From: Candidatus Latescibacterota bacterium
GTDB lineage: Bacteria; Latescibacterota; UBA2968
Assembly (NCBI GenBank): GCA_965116885.1
Contig: OZ220741.1
Span: forward strand, 4,480,001 to 4,544,000
DNA: 64,000 nt
Reading direction: 5' to 3'
Shown: positions 26,894 through 38,829 of the stretch, in pieces
Numbering within the stretch: the first letter of the stretch is position 1
Layout of the letters: the number at the start of each line of letters is the position of its first letter
The notes under the pieces: model-generated
The model's database searches: none
What the model was told of the DNA's origin: nothing
What the model saw: the letters and a program-made list of their open reading frames with translations, nothing else
Program-made: the position numbers and the translations under genes

Positions 26894-27337
26894 TCAAGCG
26901 TCTTTCTTTTCCTCTACACCTTCCTCTTCTTCAGCAGAAGTGTCAGACTCAGTTTCCACATCATCAGATTCGTTTATTGCATCATCGACCACCAGCTCAA
27001 TCAAACACAATTCGCAGCTATCACCTCGTCTGGAACCGAGCTTGAGAATGCGCGTATATCCGCCACTTCGGTCGGCAAATGAAGGGCCAATTTCTTCAAA
27101 TAACTTTGTGAGCACCACTTTATTCTGAATGCGTCGCAAAACTTGACGCCGCGCATGCAAGTCGCCACGCTTGGCAAAAGAGATCAATCGTTCAGCGACA
27201 CTGCGCAATTCTTTCGCCTTCGGCAGTGTAGTACGCACCTTGCCGTTGTCAAACAGAGATGTCGCCATATTGTTGAGCATGGCTTTTTTATGACTGGCCG
27301 TGCGACCCAGCTTTCTACCCCTTTTCCCGTGCCTCAT
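26894..27337 (-). CDS. rplQ: 50S ribosomal protein L17
   Basis: MRHGKRGRKLGRTASH; GGYTRILK. Confidence 0.98.
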   Translation of the reverse strand: MRHGKRGRKLGRTASHKKAMLNNMATSLFDNGKVRTTLPKAKELRSVAERLISFAKRGDLHARRQVLRRIQNKVVLTKLFEEIGPSFADRSGGYTRILKLGSRRGDSCELCLIELVVDDAINESDDVETESDTSAEEEEGVEEKKDA

Positions 27338-27348
27338 TGGTTTCCTCG

Positions 27349-28365
27349 TTAAAATTCGTCGTCCAAAATCGAGACATGCTCAGATTTGGCAGCGACTTCT
27401 TGATATTTGCTCACATCAATGCCAAATGCGATGCCCAAATTTTCGAGAATAGCTGTCAATTCATTAAGCGACTTGCGGCCAAAATTGCGGAATTTGAGCA
27501 TTTCATTTTCCGTTTTTTGGACGAGATCTTCAAGTGTTATAATATTGGCTGCTTTTAGACAATTAGCCGACCGCACTGACAATTCCAGCTCATCTACGGG
27601 CATCTTGAGCAGTGCTGCAATGCGGCGAGTTTCTTCATCGACAACTTCCTCCAATTCTTCTTCTGGCTCTTCTTCAAAGTTGATAAACAATTCGAGATGG
27701 TCTTTCAATATGCTCGCAGCATGAGCCACCGCATCATCCGGGCGCACAACGCTGTTTGTCCAAACAGCCAATGAAAGTTTATCGTAGTCGGTCTGCTGTC
27801 CCACTCGCGCATTATCGATTTCATAATGCACTTTGCGGATTGGCGAAAAAGCAGCATCCATCACAATAGTCCCCATGGGCTGGTCTGCCTGCTTGTTTGC
27901 CTCTGCCAGCACATAGCCCCGGCCTTTTCCAACGGTGATTTCCATGTCGAGCACACCGTCTTTGTCGAGTGTTGCAATATGCAAATCGGGATTCATCACT
28001 TCGACATCAGCATCGACTTGCAGATCGCCTGCCTTGAGTTCTCCCGGTCCTTCTTTTTTTACATATAGCAGTTTGTCTGCATCTGTATGCACGCGCAGAC
28101 AAATTTCCTTGAGATTTAGAACGATTTCCGTCACATCTTCCTCGACGCCCTCGACCACGGTAAACTCGTGCTGAATTCCTTCAATTTTCACGGCCTTAAC
28201 AGCCGCCCCCTCAATGGAGGAAAGCAAAACACGGCGTAGTGCATTCCCAATCGTAGCCCCAAATCCGCGCTCAAGAGGTTGAACACTAAACAGGCCGTAA
28301 TTGTCACTCAGGCTTTCTTCATCGATCTGTACAAATCGAGGCATTTGAAAATTTTTTGCATCCAT
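27349..28365 (-). CDS. rpoA: RNA polymerase alpha subunit
   Basis: PLERGFGATIGNALRRVLLSS; LELSVRSANCL; NFGRKSL. Confidence 0.98.
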   Translation of the reverse strand: MDAKNFQMPRFVQIDEESLSDNYGLFSVQPLERGFGATIGNALRRVLLSSIEGAAVKAVKIEGIQHEFTVVEGVEEDVTEIVLNLKEICLRVHTDADKLLYVKKEGPGELKAGDLQVDADVEVMNPDLHIATLDKDGVLDMEITVGKGRGYVLAEANKQADQPMGTIVMDAAFSPIRKVHYEIDNARVGQQTDYDKLSLAVWTNSVVRPDDAVAHAASILKDHLELFINFEEEPEEELEEVVDEETRRIAALLKMPVDELELSVRSANCLKAANIITLEDLVQKTENEMLKFRNFGRKSLNELTAILENLGIAFGIDVSKYQEVAAKSEHVSILDDEF

Positions 28366-28391
28366 AAACAAAAGCTCCTGGTGCGCGTCCA

Positions 28392-29021
28392 TTACTTGGA
28401 GTAAAGCTCAACAATGAGCTGCTCTTCAACAGGCGTCGGTATATCATCTCGCTTTGGATATTCTACAAGCGTACCACTCAAGTTCACTTTATCTACCGAA
28501 AGCCAAGACGATTGACCTCCATCACCTGTGCGCTTGAGTGCATCGTGAATAAGTTGCAATTGGCGACTTTTTTCTCGCACCTGCACAGTATCTCCCGGCG
28601 AAACCTGGAATGAGGGAATATCCACGGTTCGTCCATTGACAGCAATGTGGCGATGCCTCACGAGTTGCCGCGCTGATTTTCGAGATGGCGCAAAACCCAA
28701 ACGATATATCATGTTGTCCAGGCGACATTCGAGCATCTGCAAAAGCAACTCACCCGTCACACCCTTTCTGCGAGCGGCTTTTGAATAATACGTGCGAAAC
28801 TGGTTTTCCAGCACACCGTAGATACGCTTTGTTTTTTGTTTTTCTCGGAGTTGAAGTGCGTATTCCGATGGCTTCCGACGCATGTTTTGTCCATGCATGC
28901 CGGGCGCATAACTTCGTCGGTCAAATGAACATTTATCCATTTGACACCGCGCACCTTTGAGAAACAATTTCATACCTTCTCGTCGGCACAATTTACAACT
29001 TGAGCCAGTGTATCTCGCCAT
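28392..29021 (-). CDS. rpsD: 30S ribosomal protein S4 (Zn-binding type)
   Basis: MARYTGSSCKLCRRE; LIVELYSK. Confidence 0.98.
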   Translation of the reverse strand: MARYTGSSCKLCRREGMKLFLKGARCQMDKCSFDRRSYAPGMHGQNMRRKPSEYALQLREKQKTKRIYGVLENQFRTYYSKAARRKGVTGELLLQMLECRLDNMIYRLGFAPSRKSARQLVRHRHIAVNGRTVDIPSFQVSPGDTVQVREKSRQLQLIHDALKRTGDGGQSSWLSVDKVNLSGTLVEYPKRDDIPTPVEEQLIVELYSK

Positions 29022-29044
29022 TCAATATCTCCCTGTTTTCTGTG

Positions 29045-29428
29045 TTAAACGCGACGTCGCTTAGGAGGGCGGCACCCATTGTGTGGAATTGGCGTAACAT
29101 CTTTGATCGCTGAAATTTCCAATCCAGCCCCCTGTAGCGATCGCACGGCGGCTTCTCGTCCAACGCCAGGTCCTTTGACCCAGACTTCCACCCGACGCAA
29201 CCCCATTGCCATCGCCTCTCGCGCCGCATCCGTAGCAGCCAACTGAGCAGCATAGGGTGTACTTTTTCTCGATCCCTTAAACCCCACTTTTCCCGTTGAT
29301 GACCAGGAAATAACTCTGCCTTCACGATCACTCAGGGTGACAATAGTATTGTTAAAACTGGCATTGACATGTGCGACGCCATGAGCTTCAACGCGTCTAT
29401 TCCGTCGTCTCCCTCTTCTGACTGCCAA
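29045..29428 (-). CDS. rpsK: 30S ribosomal protein S11
   Basis: [23 protein letters not shown]. Confidence 0.98.
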   Translation of the reverse strand: MAVRRGRRRNRRVEAHGVAHVNASFNNTIVTLSDREGRVISWSSTGKVGFKGSRKSTPYAAQLAATDAAREAMAMGLRRVEVWVKGPGVGREAAVRSLQGAGLEISAIKDVTPIPHNGCRPPKRRRV

Positions 29429-29459
29429 ACGACTCCTCCTTTAATTGTCCTGCGTTTAG

Positions 29460-29834
29460 TTATACAGTTCGTCTTCGACTGCCAATACCGGGTTTCTTTC
29501 CCTTGCGCGTCCTGGCATTGGTGCGCGTCCGCTGGCCTCTCACCGGCAATCCCCGACGCCACCGCAAACCGCGATAGCATCCAATATCCATCAGTCGCTT
29601 GATGTTCATTGCAACTTCGCTTCGCAGGTTTCCTTCAACCTTGTATTCGCCTTCAACAACTGAGCGCAATTTAGCGACTTCCTCATCAGTCAAAGTATCT
29701 ACGCGCGTATCAGGCGAAATCTGCGTCTGTGTCAAAATTTTTTGTGACGTACTCAAACCAATGCCCAAAATATATGTCAACGCAACTTCCACGCGCTTTT
29801 CTCTGGGAATATCTACACCTGCAATTCGGGCCAT
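29460..29834 (-). CDS. rpsM: 30S ribosomal protein S13
   Basis: [24 protein letters not shown]. Confidence 0.98.
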   Translation of the reverse strand: MARIAGVDIPREKRVEVALTYILGIGLSTSQKILTQTQISPDTRVDTLTDEEVAKLRSVVEGEYKVEGNLRSEVAMNIKRLMDIGCYRGLRWRRGLPVRGQRTRTNARTRKGKKPGIGSRRRTV

Positions 29835-29855
29835 GTGATTGCGTCTCCTATGAGG

Positions 29856-29972
29856 TTATCCCTGTCGCTGTTTATGTCGCGGATTGACTTTGCAAATCAC
29901 GCGTACAACACCGCGTCGGCGAATAATTTTGCAGTGATTGCAACGACGGCGAACAGATGATTGGACTTTCAT
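29856..29972 (-). CDS. rpmJ: 50S ribosomal protein L36 (below ORF-track cutoff)
   Basis: Hand translation [38 protein letters not shown]. Confidence 0.97.
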   Translation of the reverse strand: MKVQSSVRRRCNHCKIIRRRGVVRVICKVNPRHKQRQG

Positions 29973-29998
29973 AAATAAATCTCCAGCATAAAAATAAA

Positions 29999-31342
29999 TC
30001 AGGCTCGGCGCCCTCGAATACGACCTTTTTTCATAAACCCATCGTAGTGGCGCATCAACAAATGCGATTCAACCTGCTGTAAAGTATCGAGTGCCACACC
30101 GACCATAATCAACAAACCCGTGCCGCCAAACACTTGCTCGAGACCAGGATGAACCCCCATAGAATTTATAATAAAGTATGGGCCAACGGCTATTGCAGCT
30201 AAGAAAATTGCACCTGGCATGTTGATCCGCGTAAGCACCCGGTCAATAAAGTCTGAGGTGCGTTTGCCCGGTCTGACGCCGGGAATAAATCCGCCTTGCC
30301 GTTTCATATTATCAGCCAGATCAATCGGATTAAACACAATGGCGGTATAAAAGTAAGCAAAGAAAATGACCAGCAATGAGTAAATCGACCAGTAGGGCAA
30401 TGACACCCAGGACATACTCGGCGTAAAAGCAGCCGCGAAATTTTGCATAAATTCATTATTAGGAGCAAATCCGGCCATTGTCGCAGGCAAAAACATAATG
30501 GCCTGAGCAAAAATAATAGGCATCACGCCAGAAGTATTGACTTTAAGCGGTATATGTGTGCTTTGCCCACCATATACCCGCCGCCCAACGACGCGTTTGG
30601 CGTATTGTACCGGAATTCTACGCGTACCCTGTGTGATGAGTACCACCAGGGCGGTCAATGCAACAACGATAACTAAAACAGCTATTTCGATCAAAATTGG
30701 TTTGTCATTGGTCACAAAATCCCGATATTCCTGCCGCACGACAAAGGGCAATGCCGCAATAATGCCAATAAAAATGAGTAGCGACATCCCATTGCCGATG
30801 CCGTGTGCATCAATCTGTTCGCCCAACCACATAATTAACACGGTTCCGGCAGTAATTGTCAATACAGTCAACAGACGGAAGCCCCACCCGGGATAGAGTA
30901 CAACCGAAAGGCCGGTTTCTGGCGACTGAAGGCTTTCCAGAAAAAAACTCACGCCCAGAGACTGCGCTGCTGCCAGTGCAACTGTGCCATACCGCGTATA
31001 TTGAATGATCTTTTTGCGCCCCGCTTCACCTTCTTTTTGCAACTTTTGGAGGGATGGCACCACAGCACCCATCAATTGAAAAATAATGGACGCACTAATA
31101 TAAGGCATAATACCCAGAGCAAATACCGTTGCACGGGTAAACGCCCCACCTACAAACATGTCGTAGAGGCCAAAGATCGTCTGGCTGGTGCCTGCAAAAA
31201 ATTCACCCAGGGCAACCCGGTCTATTCCGGGTATGGGAATCTGCCCACCCAGGCGATAAATCGCCAGAATACCCAGCGTAAATAATACCTTATTTCGCAA
31301 TTCCGGAATCTTAAAAACGCTCTTGACGCTCTCGAGCAACAC
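29999..31342 (-). CDS. secY: Preprotein translocase SecY
   Basis: [36 protein letters not shown]. Confidence 0.98.
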   Translation of the reverse strand: MLLESVKSVFKIPELRNKVLFTLGILAIYRLGGQIPIPGIDRVALGEFFAGTSQTIFGLYDMFVGGAFTRATVFALGIMPYISASIIFQLMGAVVPSLQKLQKEGEAGRKKIIQYTRYGTVALAAAQSLGVSFFLESLQSPETGLSVVLYPGWGFRLLTVLTITAGTVLIMWLGEQIDAHGIGNGMSLLIFIGIIAALPFVVRQEYRDFVTNDKPILIEIAVLVIVVALTALVVLITQGTRRIPVQYAKRVVGRRVYGGQSTHIPLKVNTSGVMPIIFAQAIMFLPATMAGFAPNNEFMQNFAAAFTPSMSWVSLPYWSIYSLLVIFFAYFYTAIVFNPIDLADNMKRQGGFIPGVRPGKRTSDFIDRVLTRINMPGAIFLAAIAVGPYFIINSMGVHPGLEQVFGGTGLLIMVGVALDTLQQVESHLLMRHYDGFMKKGRIRGRRA

Positions 31343-31361
31343 CGCCTCCTCTCAGCCGTGC

Positions 31362-31826
31362 TCAGTCGGTTTTGGCCGCGCCACCGATGTTGGCCTCAAC
31401 TTGTCCCCCAGCTGCAAGAACTTTTTTTGCTGCTGCAGCTGATATCGCCTGAACCCGAATCTGTAATGGTGCAGAAATTTCGCCTCGTCCCAAAATCTTC
31501 ACAGGGCGTTTTGTAGAGGCAATCAAACCTGCGGTTTTGAGCACTTCAGGGGTAATCTCACCCGAAAGTTCTCTTTTCGCCAGATCGTCGAGATTTACGA
31601 CCTGATAGGTCACCCGAAAAGGATTGTTAAACCCAACTTTCGGCAAGCGCTGCTGCAGGGGCATTTGTCCCCCTTCAAACCAAACTTTGCGCTTGGATCC
31701 CGAGCGCGCCCGCTGTCCTTTGTGCCCTTTACCCGCAGTTTTACCTGTTCCGGAGCCAGGACCAATGCCCAAACGTTTCTTCTTAAAAGTTGCCCCTTTG
31801 GGCGGAGAGAGATTCCCAAGTTTCAT
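31362..31826 (-). CDS. rplO: 50S ribosomal protein L15
   Basis: GKTAGKGHKGQRAR; FEGGQMPL. Confidence 0.97.
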   Translation of the reverse strand: MKLGNLSPPKGATFKKKRLGIGPGSGTGKTAGKGHKGQRARSGSKRKVWFEGGQMPLQQRLPKVGFNNPFRVTYQVVNLDDLAKRELSGEITPEVLKTAGLIASTKRPVKILGRGEISAPLQIRVQAISAAAAKKVLAAGGQVEANIGGAAKTD

Positions 31827-31842
31827 TCTCGCATCCCGCGTT

Positions 31843-32031
31843 TTATGTTTCTTCAACTTTGACCAGATGTGCAACAGTCGCCAACATGCCGCGCAATTGT
31901 GGAGAGTCAGCGTGTTCCACAGTATGCCGAATGCGGCGAATTCCCAACGCATCCAGAGTTTGTTGTTGTTTTTTTTGCCTCTTAATTGCACTGCGAATTT
32001 GTGTAATCCGCAGTATTTTTTGCTCGCCCAT
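31843..32031 (-). CDS. rpmD: 50S ribosomal protein L30
   Basis: RITQIRSAI...TLDALG...HLVKVEE. Confidence 0.95.
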   Translation of the reverse strand: MGEQKILRITQIRSAIKRQKKQQQTLDALGIRRIRHTVEHADSPQLRGMLATVAHLVKVEET

Positions 32032-32549
32032 CACTGCCCCCGTACAGAAACCAATTCGGATTCTTCTACACCGCGCAATAGTGCAAACATTCTCGCATCT
32101 TTCAACCGCGTCAATCCCTCCATCGCGGCTTTAACAGCATTCTGGGGGTTTTGCGACCCCAATGACTTTGTCAGCACATTTTGAACACCGGCCAGTTCCA
32201 AAACCGCACGCACACCGCCTCCTGCAATAATACCCGTGCCGGGCGCGGCGGGTTTGAGCAAAACGCGAGAAGCGCCAAACTTTCCAATAATCTCGTGCGG
32301 CAATGTACCATCAACGACTGGCACGCGCACCAGATTCTTTTTTGCATCGTCGGCAGCTTTGCGAATAGCTTCAGAGACTTCGCCCGCTTTCCCCATCCCA
32401 ATACCCACAATGCCTTTTTTATCCCCAATTACACAAAGCGCGTTAAAAGCAAAACGCCGTCCACCTTTGCGAACGTGAGAGACCCGCTTGATACTGTTGT
32501 TGATGACGATTTCCGTCAGATCTAAACCCGCAGCTTCAATCCTGCTCAA
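32031..32549 (-). CDS. rpsE: 30S ribosomal protein S5
   Basis: [18 protein letters not shown]. Confidence 0.97.
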   Translation of the reverse strand: MSRIEAAGLDLTEIVINNSIKRVSHVRKGGRRFAFNALCVIGDKKGIVGIGMGKAGEVSEAIRKAADDAKKNLVRVPVVDGTLPHEIIGKFGASRVLLKPAAPGTGIIAGGGVRAVLELAGVQNVLTKSLGSQNPQNAVKAAMEGLTRLKDARMFALLRGVEESELVSVRGQ

Positions 32550-32565
32550 AATCGACTCCTTAACA

Positions 32566-32940
32566 TTAAAATTTCAATCCGCCTTCGCGTGCACCCTCTG
32601 CCAATGCTTTGATACGGCCGTGATACAGATAACCGGCACGGTCAAAAACAACCTGCGAAATTCCAGCTTCCTGCGCTCTTATAGCCAAAGCTTTGCCCAC
32701 TTCGCGACTCCTACCGCATTTGCCTTCAACAGTTTTTAACTGATCTTTGAGTTGCGGAGTATTTGAGGATATCCCCATTAGAGAACGTCCATTCACATCA
32801 TCAATCAATTGCGCCTGAATATGTTTTAGGCTCCTGGAAATCGTCAGACGCGGGCGATCAGCCGTTCCCAGAAGTCTCTTTCTAATACGCATTTGACGAC
32901 GCTTGTGCATCTTTGTCTTTTTAATTTGCTTGTCTGCCAT
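32566..32940 (-). CDS. rplR: 50S ribosomal protein L18
   Basis: [24 protein letters not shown]. Confidence 0.97.
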   Translation of the reverse strand: MADKQIKKTKMHKRRQMRIRKRLLGTADRPRLTISRSLKHIQAQLIDDVNGRSLMGISSNTPQLKDQLKTVEGKCGRSREVGKALAIRAQEAGISQVVFDRAGYLYHGRIKALAEGAREGGLKF

Positions 32941-32956
32941 TAAACAACCTCAAAGT

Positions 32957-33523
32957 TTAAGCTACTGCGGCCTTGCCGGCCTTGCGCCGCACGTATTCGC
33001 CGCTATAGCGGATACCTTTCCCCTTATAGGGTTCGGGAGGGCGAATATCTCGAATATTCGCCGCAGTGCGTCCCACGAGTTCTTTGTCGGCCCCACTGAC
33101 CTTGACCAGCGCCTGAGAATTTTCTATCTCAGCGGGAGGGGCATCGATACTAAATTCAATTCCCTGAGGCGCTTCAACCGTCACAGTATGGCTGAACCCC
33201 ACGTTGATGTCCAAATTTTTCCCTTTCATATCTGCGCGATATCCCACTCCAACAACGACCAGTTGCTTCTCAAAACCAGCCGTCACGCCCTGAACAGCAT
33301 TTGCCAACAAAGCACGCGTGAGGCCCCAGATAGATTTGTGATGCCGGTCTTCGGGATCTTGTACCGTAACAGAAAGGGATTCACCCTCTTGTACGACCTG
33401 AGTGAGCGGATGTAAAGGCACCTGTAAAGTCCCTTTAGGCCCTTTTATTTCCGCCTGTGTGTCCCCTAATTGCACATTGACGCCCCCTGGAACATCAATC
33501 GACTGTTGACCTATTCTCGACAC
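32957..33523 (-). CDS. rplF: 50S ribosomal protein L6
   Basis: SRIG start (GTG); RPPEPYKGKGIRY. Confidence 0.97.
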   Translation of the reverse strand: MSRIGQQSIDVPGGVNVQLGDTQAEIKGPKGTLQVPLHPLTQVVQEGESLSVTVQDPEDRHHKSIWGLTRALLANAVQGVTAGFEKQLVVVGVGYRADMKGKNLDINVGFSHTVTVEAPQGIEFSIDAPPAEIENSQALVKVSGADKELVGRTAANIRDIRPPEPYKGKGIRYSGEYVRRKAGKAAVA

Positions 33524-33543
33524 GATGCACTCCTTCCAGACCT

Positions 33544-33939
33544 TTACCAAACGCTGCAAATAACTTCACCACCAACACCTTCTCGACGCGCAGTACGATC
33601 AGTCAAAACACCTCGTGATGTCGATAAAATAGCGACACCCAATCCATTGAGTATTCGAGGAATTTCGTCTTTGCCCACATATTTTCGCAAACCGGGGCGA
33701 CTTTCGCGTTTCATCCCTTGAATCGCGCTTTCCTCGCCGGAACTGTATTTGAGATAAAGGCGTAAATACCCCTGTCGGTTGTCATCGATATACGCATAAT
33801 TGTGAACAAAACCGCTCTCTTTTAAAATACGGGCAATTTCGCGCTTCATCCTGGAACTCGGAATATCCACCTTGCGATGTCCTGCGCGACATGCATTGCG
33901 CACACGCGTCAACATATCGGCTATCGGATCCGTCATCAT
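33544..33939 (-). CDS. rpsH: 30S ribosomal protein S8
   Basis: TDPIADMLTRVRNA; SRPGLRKY. Confidence 0.98.
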   Translation of the reverse strand: MMTDPIADMLTRVRNACRAGHRKVDIPSSRMKREIARILKESGFVHNYAYIDDNRQGYLRLYLKYSSGEESAIQGMKRESRPGLRKYVGKDEIPRILNGLGVAILSTSRGVLTDRTARREGVGGEVICSVW

Positions 33940-33956
33940 GTGTGCTTCCCCCTCAA

Positions 33957-34142
33957 TTACCAACTTGCTTTTGTCACGCCGGGAATCTCACCAGCGAGGG
34001 CCAACTCGCGAAAACATATACGGCAAATCCCAAATTTGCGCAAATAACCACGCGGCCTACCGCACCTGTGACACCGGTTATAGCGTCGAACCGCAAATTT
34101 CTGTTTGCGCTTTGCTTTGGCAATCATAGACTTTTTAGCCAT
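33957..34142 (-). CDS. rpsN: 30S ribosomal protein S14 (type Z, Zn-binding)
   Basis: 61 aa; RCHRCGRP...CRICFR. Confidence 0.97.
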   Translation of the reverse strand: MAKKSMIAKAKRKQKFAVRRYNRCHRCGRPRGYLRKFGICRICFRELALAGEIPGVTKASW

Positions 34143-34172
34143 ATTAGACCTGACCTCATATTGATTTTTTAT

Positions 34173-34721
34173 TTAATCTTGATTTTGAAACGGCATGCCC
34201 ATTTCATTGAGCAGTTCATAAGCCTCTTCATCGGTAGCGGCTGTGGTGACCAGAGTCACATCAAGGCCGCGAATTTTATCGATCTGATCGTAGTCAATTT
34301 CGGGAAAAATAATCTGTTCTTGAATACCGACCGTATAGTTGCCTCGCCCATCAAATGAGCGCATTGAAAGGCCGCGAAAGTCGCGAATACGCGGCACAGA
34401 AAAATTAAAAAAACGATCGAGAAATTCGTACATATGAGTTCTGCGAAGCGTGACGGCACAGCCAATGGGTACACCCTGTCGCAGCTTAAAATTTGAAACG
34501 GCTTTTCGCGCCCTGCGAATGGAGGGCCGCTGTCCTGCAATGCGGGTCAAATCTTCAACAGCATTTTCGATGACCCTGGCATTGAGGACGGCTTCACCAA
34601 CACCCATGTTTAAGACAACCTTTTCCAATTTGGGCACCTGCATGCGATTTTTATACCCAAACCGCTGGATGAGCGCAGGTACAACTTCATTTTCGTAGTA
34701 TTCTTGTAATCGGGTTGCCAT
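34173..34721 (-). CDS. rplE: 50S ribosomal protein L5
   Basis: [21 protein letters not shown]. Confidence 0.98.
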   Translation of the reverse strand: MATRLQEYYENEVVPALIQRFGYKNRMQVPKLEKVVLNMGVGEAVLNARVIENAVEDLTRIAGQRPSIRRARKAVSNFKLRQGVPIGCAVTLRRTHMYEFLDRFFNFSVPRIRDFRGLSMRSFDGRGNYTVGIQEQIIFPEIDYDQIDKIRGLDVTLVTTAATDEEAYELLNEMGMPFQNQD

Positions 34722-34731
34722 GTCGTCCTCG

Positions 34732-35052
34732 TTATTCAGCTTCGGGAATTTGTTCACCACTTTTTTTTGCAATGCGCACACGCGCCCCGTCTTCAAGACG
34801 CTGTATGCGAATCCGGGTCCGCTCATCGGTTTGTGAATCGACAACCATGAGGTTCGACACATGCAAGGGTGCTTCCTTTTCCACAATGCCGCCTTGCTGG
34901 TTATTGGGATTGGGACGCGTATGGCGCTTGACATTGTTGATCCCTTCTACCAACACGCGTTCCTTCTTGGGCCACACATGCAAAACGCGCCCGCGTTGAC
35001 CAGTATAAACACCGCTTATCACCTCAACTTGATCACCCTTGCGAATCCTCAT
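34732..35052 (-). CDS. rplX: 50S ribosomal protein L24
   Basis: KOW motif [20 protein letters not shown]. Confidence 0.97.
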   Translation of the reverse strand: MRIRKGDQVEVISGVYTGQRGRVLHVWPKKERVLVEGINNVKRHTRPNPNNQQGGIVEKEAPLHVSNLMVVDSQTDERTRIRIQRLEDGARVRIAKKSGEQIPEAE

Positions 35053-35075
35053 CTCAACACACTTGCCTTTCTTTT

Positions 35076-35444
35076 TTAAATCACTTCGGGCGCCAAAGAT
35101 ACAATGCGCATAAATCGTCTCTCGCGCAACTCGCGGGCGACAGGTCCAAATATGCGCGTCCCTCGGGGTTCGCCCTCCTCGCCGATCAAAACAGCGGCAT
35201 TGTCATCAAATCGAATATAGGACCCATCTGCTCTGCGCGTCTCTTTCTTTGTACGGACAATCACGGCGCGCGCAACATCACCGCGCTTCACGCCGCTGTT
35301 TGGCTGCGCATCTTTAACCGAAACCACAACGGTATCACCGAGTTTGGCATACTTGCGTTTGGTGCCCCCTAAAATGCGAAAGCACATCACTTTTCGGGCA
35401 CCTGTATTATCCGCGCAATTTAATACCGAATATTCCTGGACCAT
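35076..35444 (-). CDS. rplN: 50S ribosomal protein L14
   Basis: [19 protein letters not shown]. Confidence 0.98.
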   Translation of the reverse strand: MVQEYSVLNCADNTGARKVMCFRILGGTKRKYAKLGDTVVVSVKDAQPNSGVKRGDVARAVIVRTKKETRRADGSYIRFDDNAAVLIGEEGEPRGTRIFGPVARELRERRFMRIVSLAPEVI

Positions 35445-35455
35445 GTTCTCTCCGC

Positions 35456-35716
35456 CTAATGCGCCTTTTTGATAATTTCCACCAACCGCCAACGTTTGGT
35501 CTTACTCAAAGGCCGCGTTTCAACAACCATCACTTCATCACCGATTCTGGCTTCATTGTTCTCATCATGTGCTGCCAATTTTGAACGTCTTTGCATAACT
35601 TTTCCATAAAGGGGGTGTGGCACCTGCCGCCGTACCTCAACGACAATTGTTTTATTAGATTTGTCGCTGACTACCAGTCCCACACGTGTTTTGCGATGCC
35701 TGCGAGTTTCCACCAT
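35456..35716 (-). CDS. rpsQ: 30S ribosomal protein S17
   Basis: [17 protein letters not shown]. Confidence 0.97.
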   Translation of the reverse strand: MVETRRHRKTRVGLVVSDKSNKTIVVEVRRQVPHPLYGKVMQRRSKLAAHDENNEARIGDEVMVVETRPLSKTKRWRLVEIIKKAH

Positions 35717-35736
35717 ACAGCAATTCTCCTTAAAAA

Positions 35737-35949
35737 TTACGCATTGGGAAGTTCGCGAATACCCAACTCGTGTTCGCGCAACACGGTTTTAAGCCGAGCG
35801 AGATCCCTACAAGCATCTCGAAACGCAATTGGATTATCGAGCTGACGCGTAGCCAACTGAATGCGAAGATTCACAAGTTCATCTTCCTGTTCAGCAATTC
35901 TTTCCCTTACATCGCTTGCGGTTAGATCTCGAATTTCATTTGGTTTCAT
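35737..35949 (-). CDS. rpmC: 50S ribosomal protein L29
   Basis: Synteny; LRIQLAT...DLARLKTV. Confidence 0.93.
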   Translation of the reverse strand: MKPNEIRDLTASDVRERIAEQEDELVNLRIQLATRQLDNPIAFRDACRDLARLKTVLREHELGIRELPNA

Positions 35950-36365
35950 TCGTCGTGCCCCCCGCGTTCTACAAAGCGGACTTTAATGGGCAATTTCTGG
36001 CCGGCCAATTTGATCGCGCGTTGCGCGCTCTCGCGTGGCACACCCTCAATTTCAAACATGATCCGCCCGGGTTTGATGACTGCTACCCAGTATTCGGGAT
36101 TGCCTTTGCCTTTTCCCATACGGGTCTCTGCTGGCTTAACCGTAAGGGGTTTATCTGGAAAAACGCGAATCCAAATTTTCCCACCGCGTCTCAATGATTT
36201 GGAAATCGCCACGCGGGCAGCTTCGATCTGTCTGTTGGTAATCCATCCCGGTTCAAGGGCCTGCAAACCGTATTCGCCAAAAGAAATATTAGCTCCTCGA
36301 GAAGCCATACCTTTGCGACGGCCCCTCTGCTGCTTTCTCCATTTGACCCGTTTTGGCATTAACAT
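35946..36365 (-). CDS. rplP: 50S ribosomal protein L16
   Basis: [20 protein letters not shown]. Confidence 0.98.
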   Translation of the reverse strand: MLMPKRVKWRKQQRGRRKGMASRGANISFGEYGLQALEPGWITNRQIEAARVAISKSLRRGGKIWIRVFPDKPLTVKPAETRMGKGKGNPEYWVAVIKPGRIMFEIEGVPRESAQRAIKLAGQKLPIKVRFVERGGHDE

Positions 36366-36387
36366 AATAGCGCTCCTGTCCCTACGC

Positions 36388-37035
36388 TTAAGTTGCCAGG
36401 ATGTCCTGGCCCATTTTTTCCCCGTGACAGATCCAAACTTTTACCCCTACAGTACCCGAGGTTGTATAAGCAGTAGATCTGGCATAGTCTATGTCAGCGC
36501 GAAGTGTATGGAGTGGAACACGCCCTGCAGGCTCTGATTTTTCAACGCGAGACATTTCCGCTCCGCCAAGACGGCCTCCACACACAACTTTAATCCCTTC
36601 AGCCCCCATGCGTACCGCCGAAGCAACGGCTTTTTTCATTGCACGGCGAAATGAGACGCGTTGCTCGAGTTGTCGAGAGATATTGTCGGCGACGAGTTGG
36701 GCGTTGAGTTCTGGCCGCTTAATTTCGTTAATGTTGATATAAATTTCTTTGCCTGTCAGATGCTTTAACTCATCTCGCAATTTATCGACCTCTGCGCCTT
36801 TGCGTCCAATCACAATGCCAGGACGAGCGGTGTGAATCGAAATCGTCACCCGCTTAGGCGCACGCTCAATATCTATTTGAGCAACGCTTGCCCGCTGCAG
36901 ACGACTGGTAATATATCGCCTGACCATAAGGTCTTCTTGAAGCAGGCTGGCAAAATCGCGATTGGCAAACCAGCGGGAACGCCAGTCTTTGACAATTCCC
37001 AACCTCACTCCAATTGGATGCGTTTTCTGGCCCAC
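36388..37035 (-). CDS. rpsC: 30S ribosomal protein S3
   Basis: [19 protein letters not shown]. Confidence 0.98.
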   Translation of the reverse strand: MGQKTHPIGVRLGIVKDWRSRWFANRDFASLLQEDLMVRRYITSRLQRASVAQIDIERAPKRVTISIHTARPGIVIGRKGAEVDKLRDELKHLTGKEIYININEIKRPELNAQLVADNISRQLEQRVSFRRAMKKAVASAVRMGAEGIKVVCGGRLGGAEMSRVEKSEPAGRVPLHTLRADIDYARSTAYTTSGTVGVKVWICHGEKMGQDILAT

Positions 37036-37045
37036 AGTGACTCTC

Positions 37046-37387
37046 CTATTCCTCGTCTGAAATAACCAGCGTGATGTGGCTATATCGCTTGCGAATCATG
37101 CCGGCAGCACCGCGCGGCTGAGGACGCAACCGCTTTAACGCAATGCCACCATCGACAAACGCTTCTTTCACAAAGAGCGCGTCTTCGACTGCGGATTCTT
37201 CTTCGCGGTTGACCGCATTGGCAACCGCGGATTGCAAGGTGCGCTCTACAATACGCGCGGCCTTTTTAGGTGTAAATTGCAGAATGTGGAAAGCTTCCTC
37301 CACATCTTTACCCCGCACGAGATCGACCACCTGTCGTACCTTGCGCGGTGAAATTCTTGAATAGCGCAATATCGCCCGAGCTTCCAT
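37046..37387 (-). CDS. rplV: 50S ribosomal protein L22
   Basis: [18 protein letters not shown]. Confidence 0.97.
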   Translation of the reverse strand: MEARAILRYSRISPRKVRQVVDLVRGKDVEEAFHILQFTPKKAARIVERTLQSAVANAVNREEESAVEDALFVKEAFVDGGIALKRLRPQPRGAAGMIRKRYSHITLVISDEE

Positions 37388-37409
37388 TTAAAATTCCCGT
37401 CTCAAAATA

Positions 37410-37697
37410 TCACTGTAAAGAAGTGGCCTGTTCAGTAGATCGCCCATGCACCCCCCGATGCGTGCGCGTGGGAGCAAATTCACCGAGTTTGTGTCCCACC
37501 ATGTTTTCTGTGATATAAACGGGGATAAACTTATTTCCATTGTGTACAGCAAGCGTATGCCCCACAAACTCTGGCGCGATTGTCGATCGTCGCGCCCAGG
37601 TCTGAATAACCCGCTTATTACCAGCCTTATTCATTTGCTCGATCTTGTTTAAGAGACTCGGCTCAATAAAAGGCCCTTTTTTAATAGACCGTGCCAT
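37410..37697 (-). CDS. rpsS: 30S ribosomal protein S19
   Basis: [21 protein letters not shown]. Confidence 0.98.
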   Translation of the reverse strand: MARSIKKGPFIEPSLLNKIEQMNKAGNKRVIQTWARRSTIAPEFVGHTLAVHNGNKFIPVYITENMVGHKLGEFAPTRTHRGVHGRSTEQATSLQ

Positions 37698-37713
37698 AAA
37701 ATAATACCCCTGA

Positions 37714-38538
37714 TTACTTGCGCCGCTGAATGATCATCTGGTCAGTTTTATTTTTCTTTTTGCGCGTTTTATATCCTTTTGTGGGTTGTCCCCAGGGCGT
37801 CACCGGATGCCTGCCGCCTGTTGCTCGACCTTCTCCACCACCGTGAGGATGATCAACTGGGTTCATAGCAACACCACGCACTTTCGGACGTTTGCCCAAC
37901 CAGCGAGTCCGTCCTGCTTTTCCGACAACGACATTTTCATGCTCTAAATTGCCAACCTGCCCAATGGTCGCATAACACGATACCAGGACCAACCGACGCT
38001 CGCCTGAAGGCAGACGGAGAGTTGCAAAATTGCCTTCTTTAGCCATCACCTGAATTTCAGCACCTGCCGAACGACCAATTTGTCCACCTTTTCCTGGTTT
38101 GAGTTCAACATTATGCACATTGCTACCCAATGGAATATTTGCCAGAGGAAGCGCGTTGCCGGGGCGAATCTCTGCATCTGCACCTGAGGCAACCTCATCT
38201 CCAACTTTTAAACCAATCGGTGCCAGAATATAGCGTTTTTCGCCATCGGCATAATGCAGGAGTGCAATGCGCGCCGAACGATTTGGATCGTACTCAATGC
38301 TATGCACAATTGCAGGCACACCGATTTTATCGCGCTTAAAATCAATTCGGCGATACTGGCGCCGATGTCCGCCACCGCGACGACGGCTCGTGATACGTCC
38401 CCGATTATTGCGTCCCCCAGATTTTTTATTGGGTTCAACAAGTGATTTTTCAGGCGTATCTTTTGTAATCTCTTCAAAAGAAGAGACTGTCTTAAATCGC
38501 AACGAAGGCGTTATTGGGCGAAACTTCTTAACAGGCAT
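37714..38538 (-). CDS. rplB: 50S ribosomal protein L2
   Basis: [25 protein letters not shown]. Confidence 0.99.
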   Translation of the reverse strand: MPVKKFRPITPSLRFKTVSSFEEITKDTPEKSLVEPNKKSGGRNNRGRITSRRRGGGHRRQYRRIDFKRDKIGVPAIVHSIEYDPNRSARIALLHYADGEKRYILAPIGLKVGDEVASGADAEIRPGNALPLANIPLGSNVHNVELKPGKGGQIGRSAGAEIQVMAKEGNFATLRLPSGERRLVLVSCYATIGQVGNLEHENVVVGKAGRTRWLGKRPKVRGVAMNPVDHPHGGGEGRATGGRHPVTPWGQPTKGYKTRKKKNKTDQMIIQRRK

Positions 38539-38541
38539 GAG

Positions 38542-38829
38542 TTATCCTTCAAAAAAGTCGATAATATGTCCATCGGCAAGGGTGACAACCGCCTTTTTCC
38601 AGTCAGAACGGCGGCCCTGAAACCGCCCAAGTCGTTTGATCTTACCGTGCACTGTGCTCGTATTGACCTTTACGACCTCGACCTCAAACATAGCTTCTAC
38701 CGCACGCTGAATATCGACTTTGTTTGCACTGCGGAGAACTTCAAATACATATTTATTCTGACTTTCTTGCAAATTAGAAGCCCGCTCTGTAATAACGGGA
38801 CGCCGAATGATCTGCATAGAATTTTTCAC
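38542..38829 (-). CDS. rplW: 50S ribosomal protein L23
   Basis: RPVITE; WKKAVVTL. Confidence 0.96.
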   Translation of the reverse strand: MKNSMQIIRRPVITERASNLQESQNKYVFEVLRSANKVDIQRAVEAMFEVEVVKVNTSTVHGKIKRLGRFQGRRSDWKKAVVTLADGHIIDFFEG

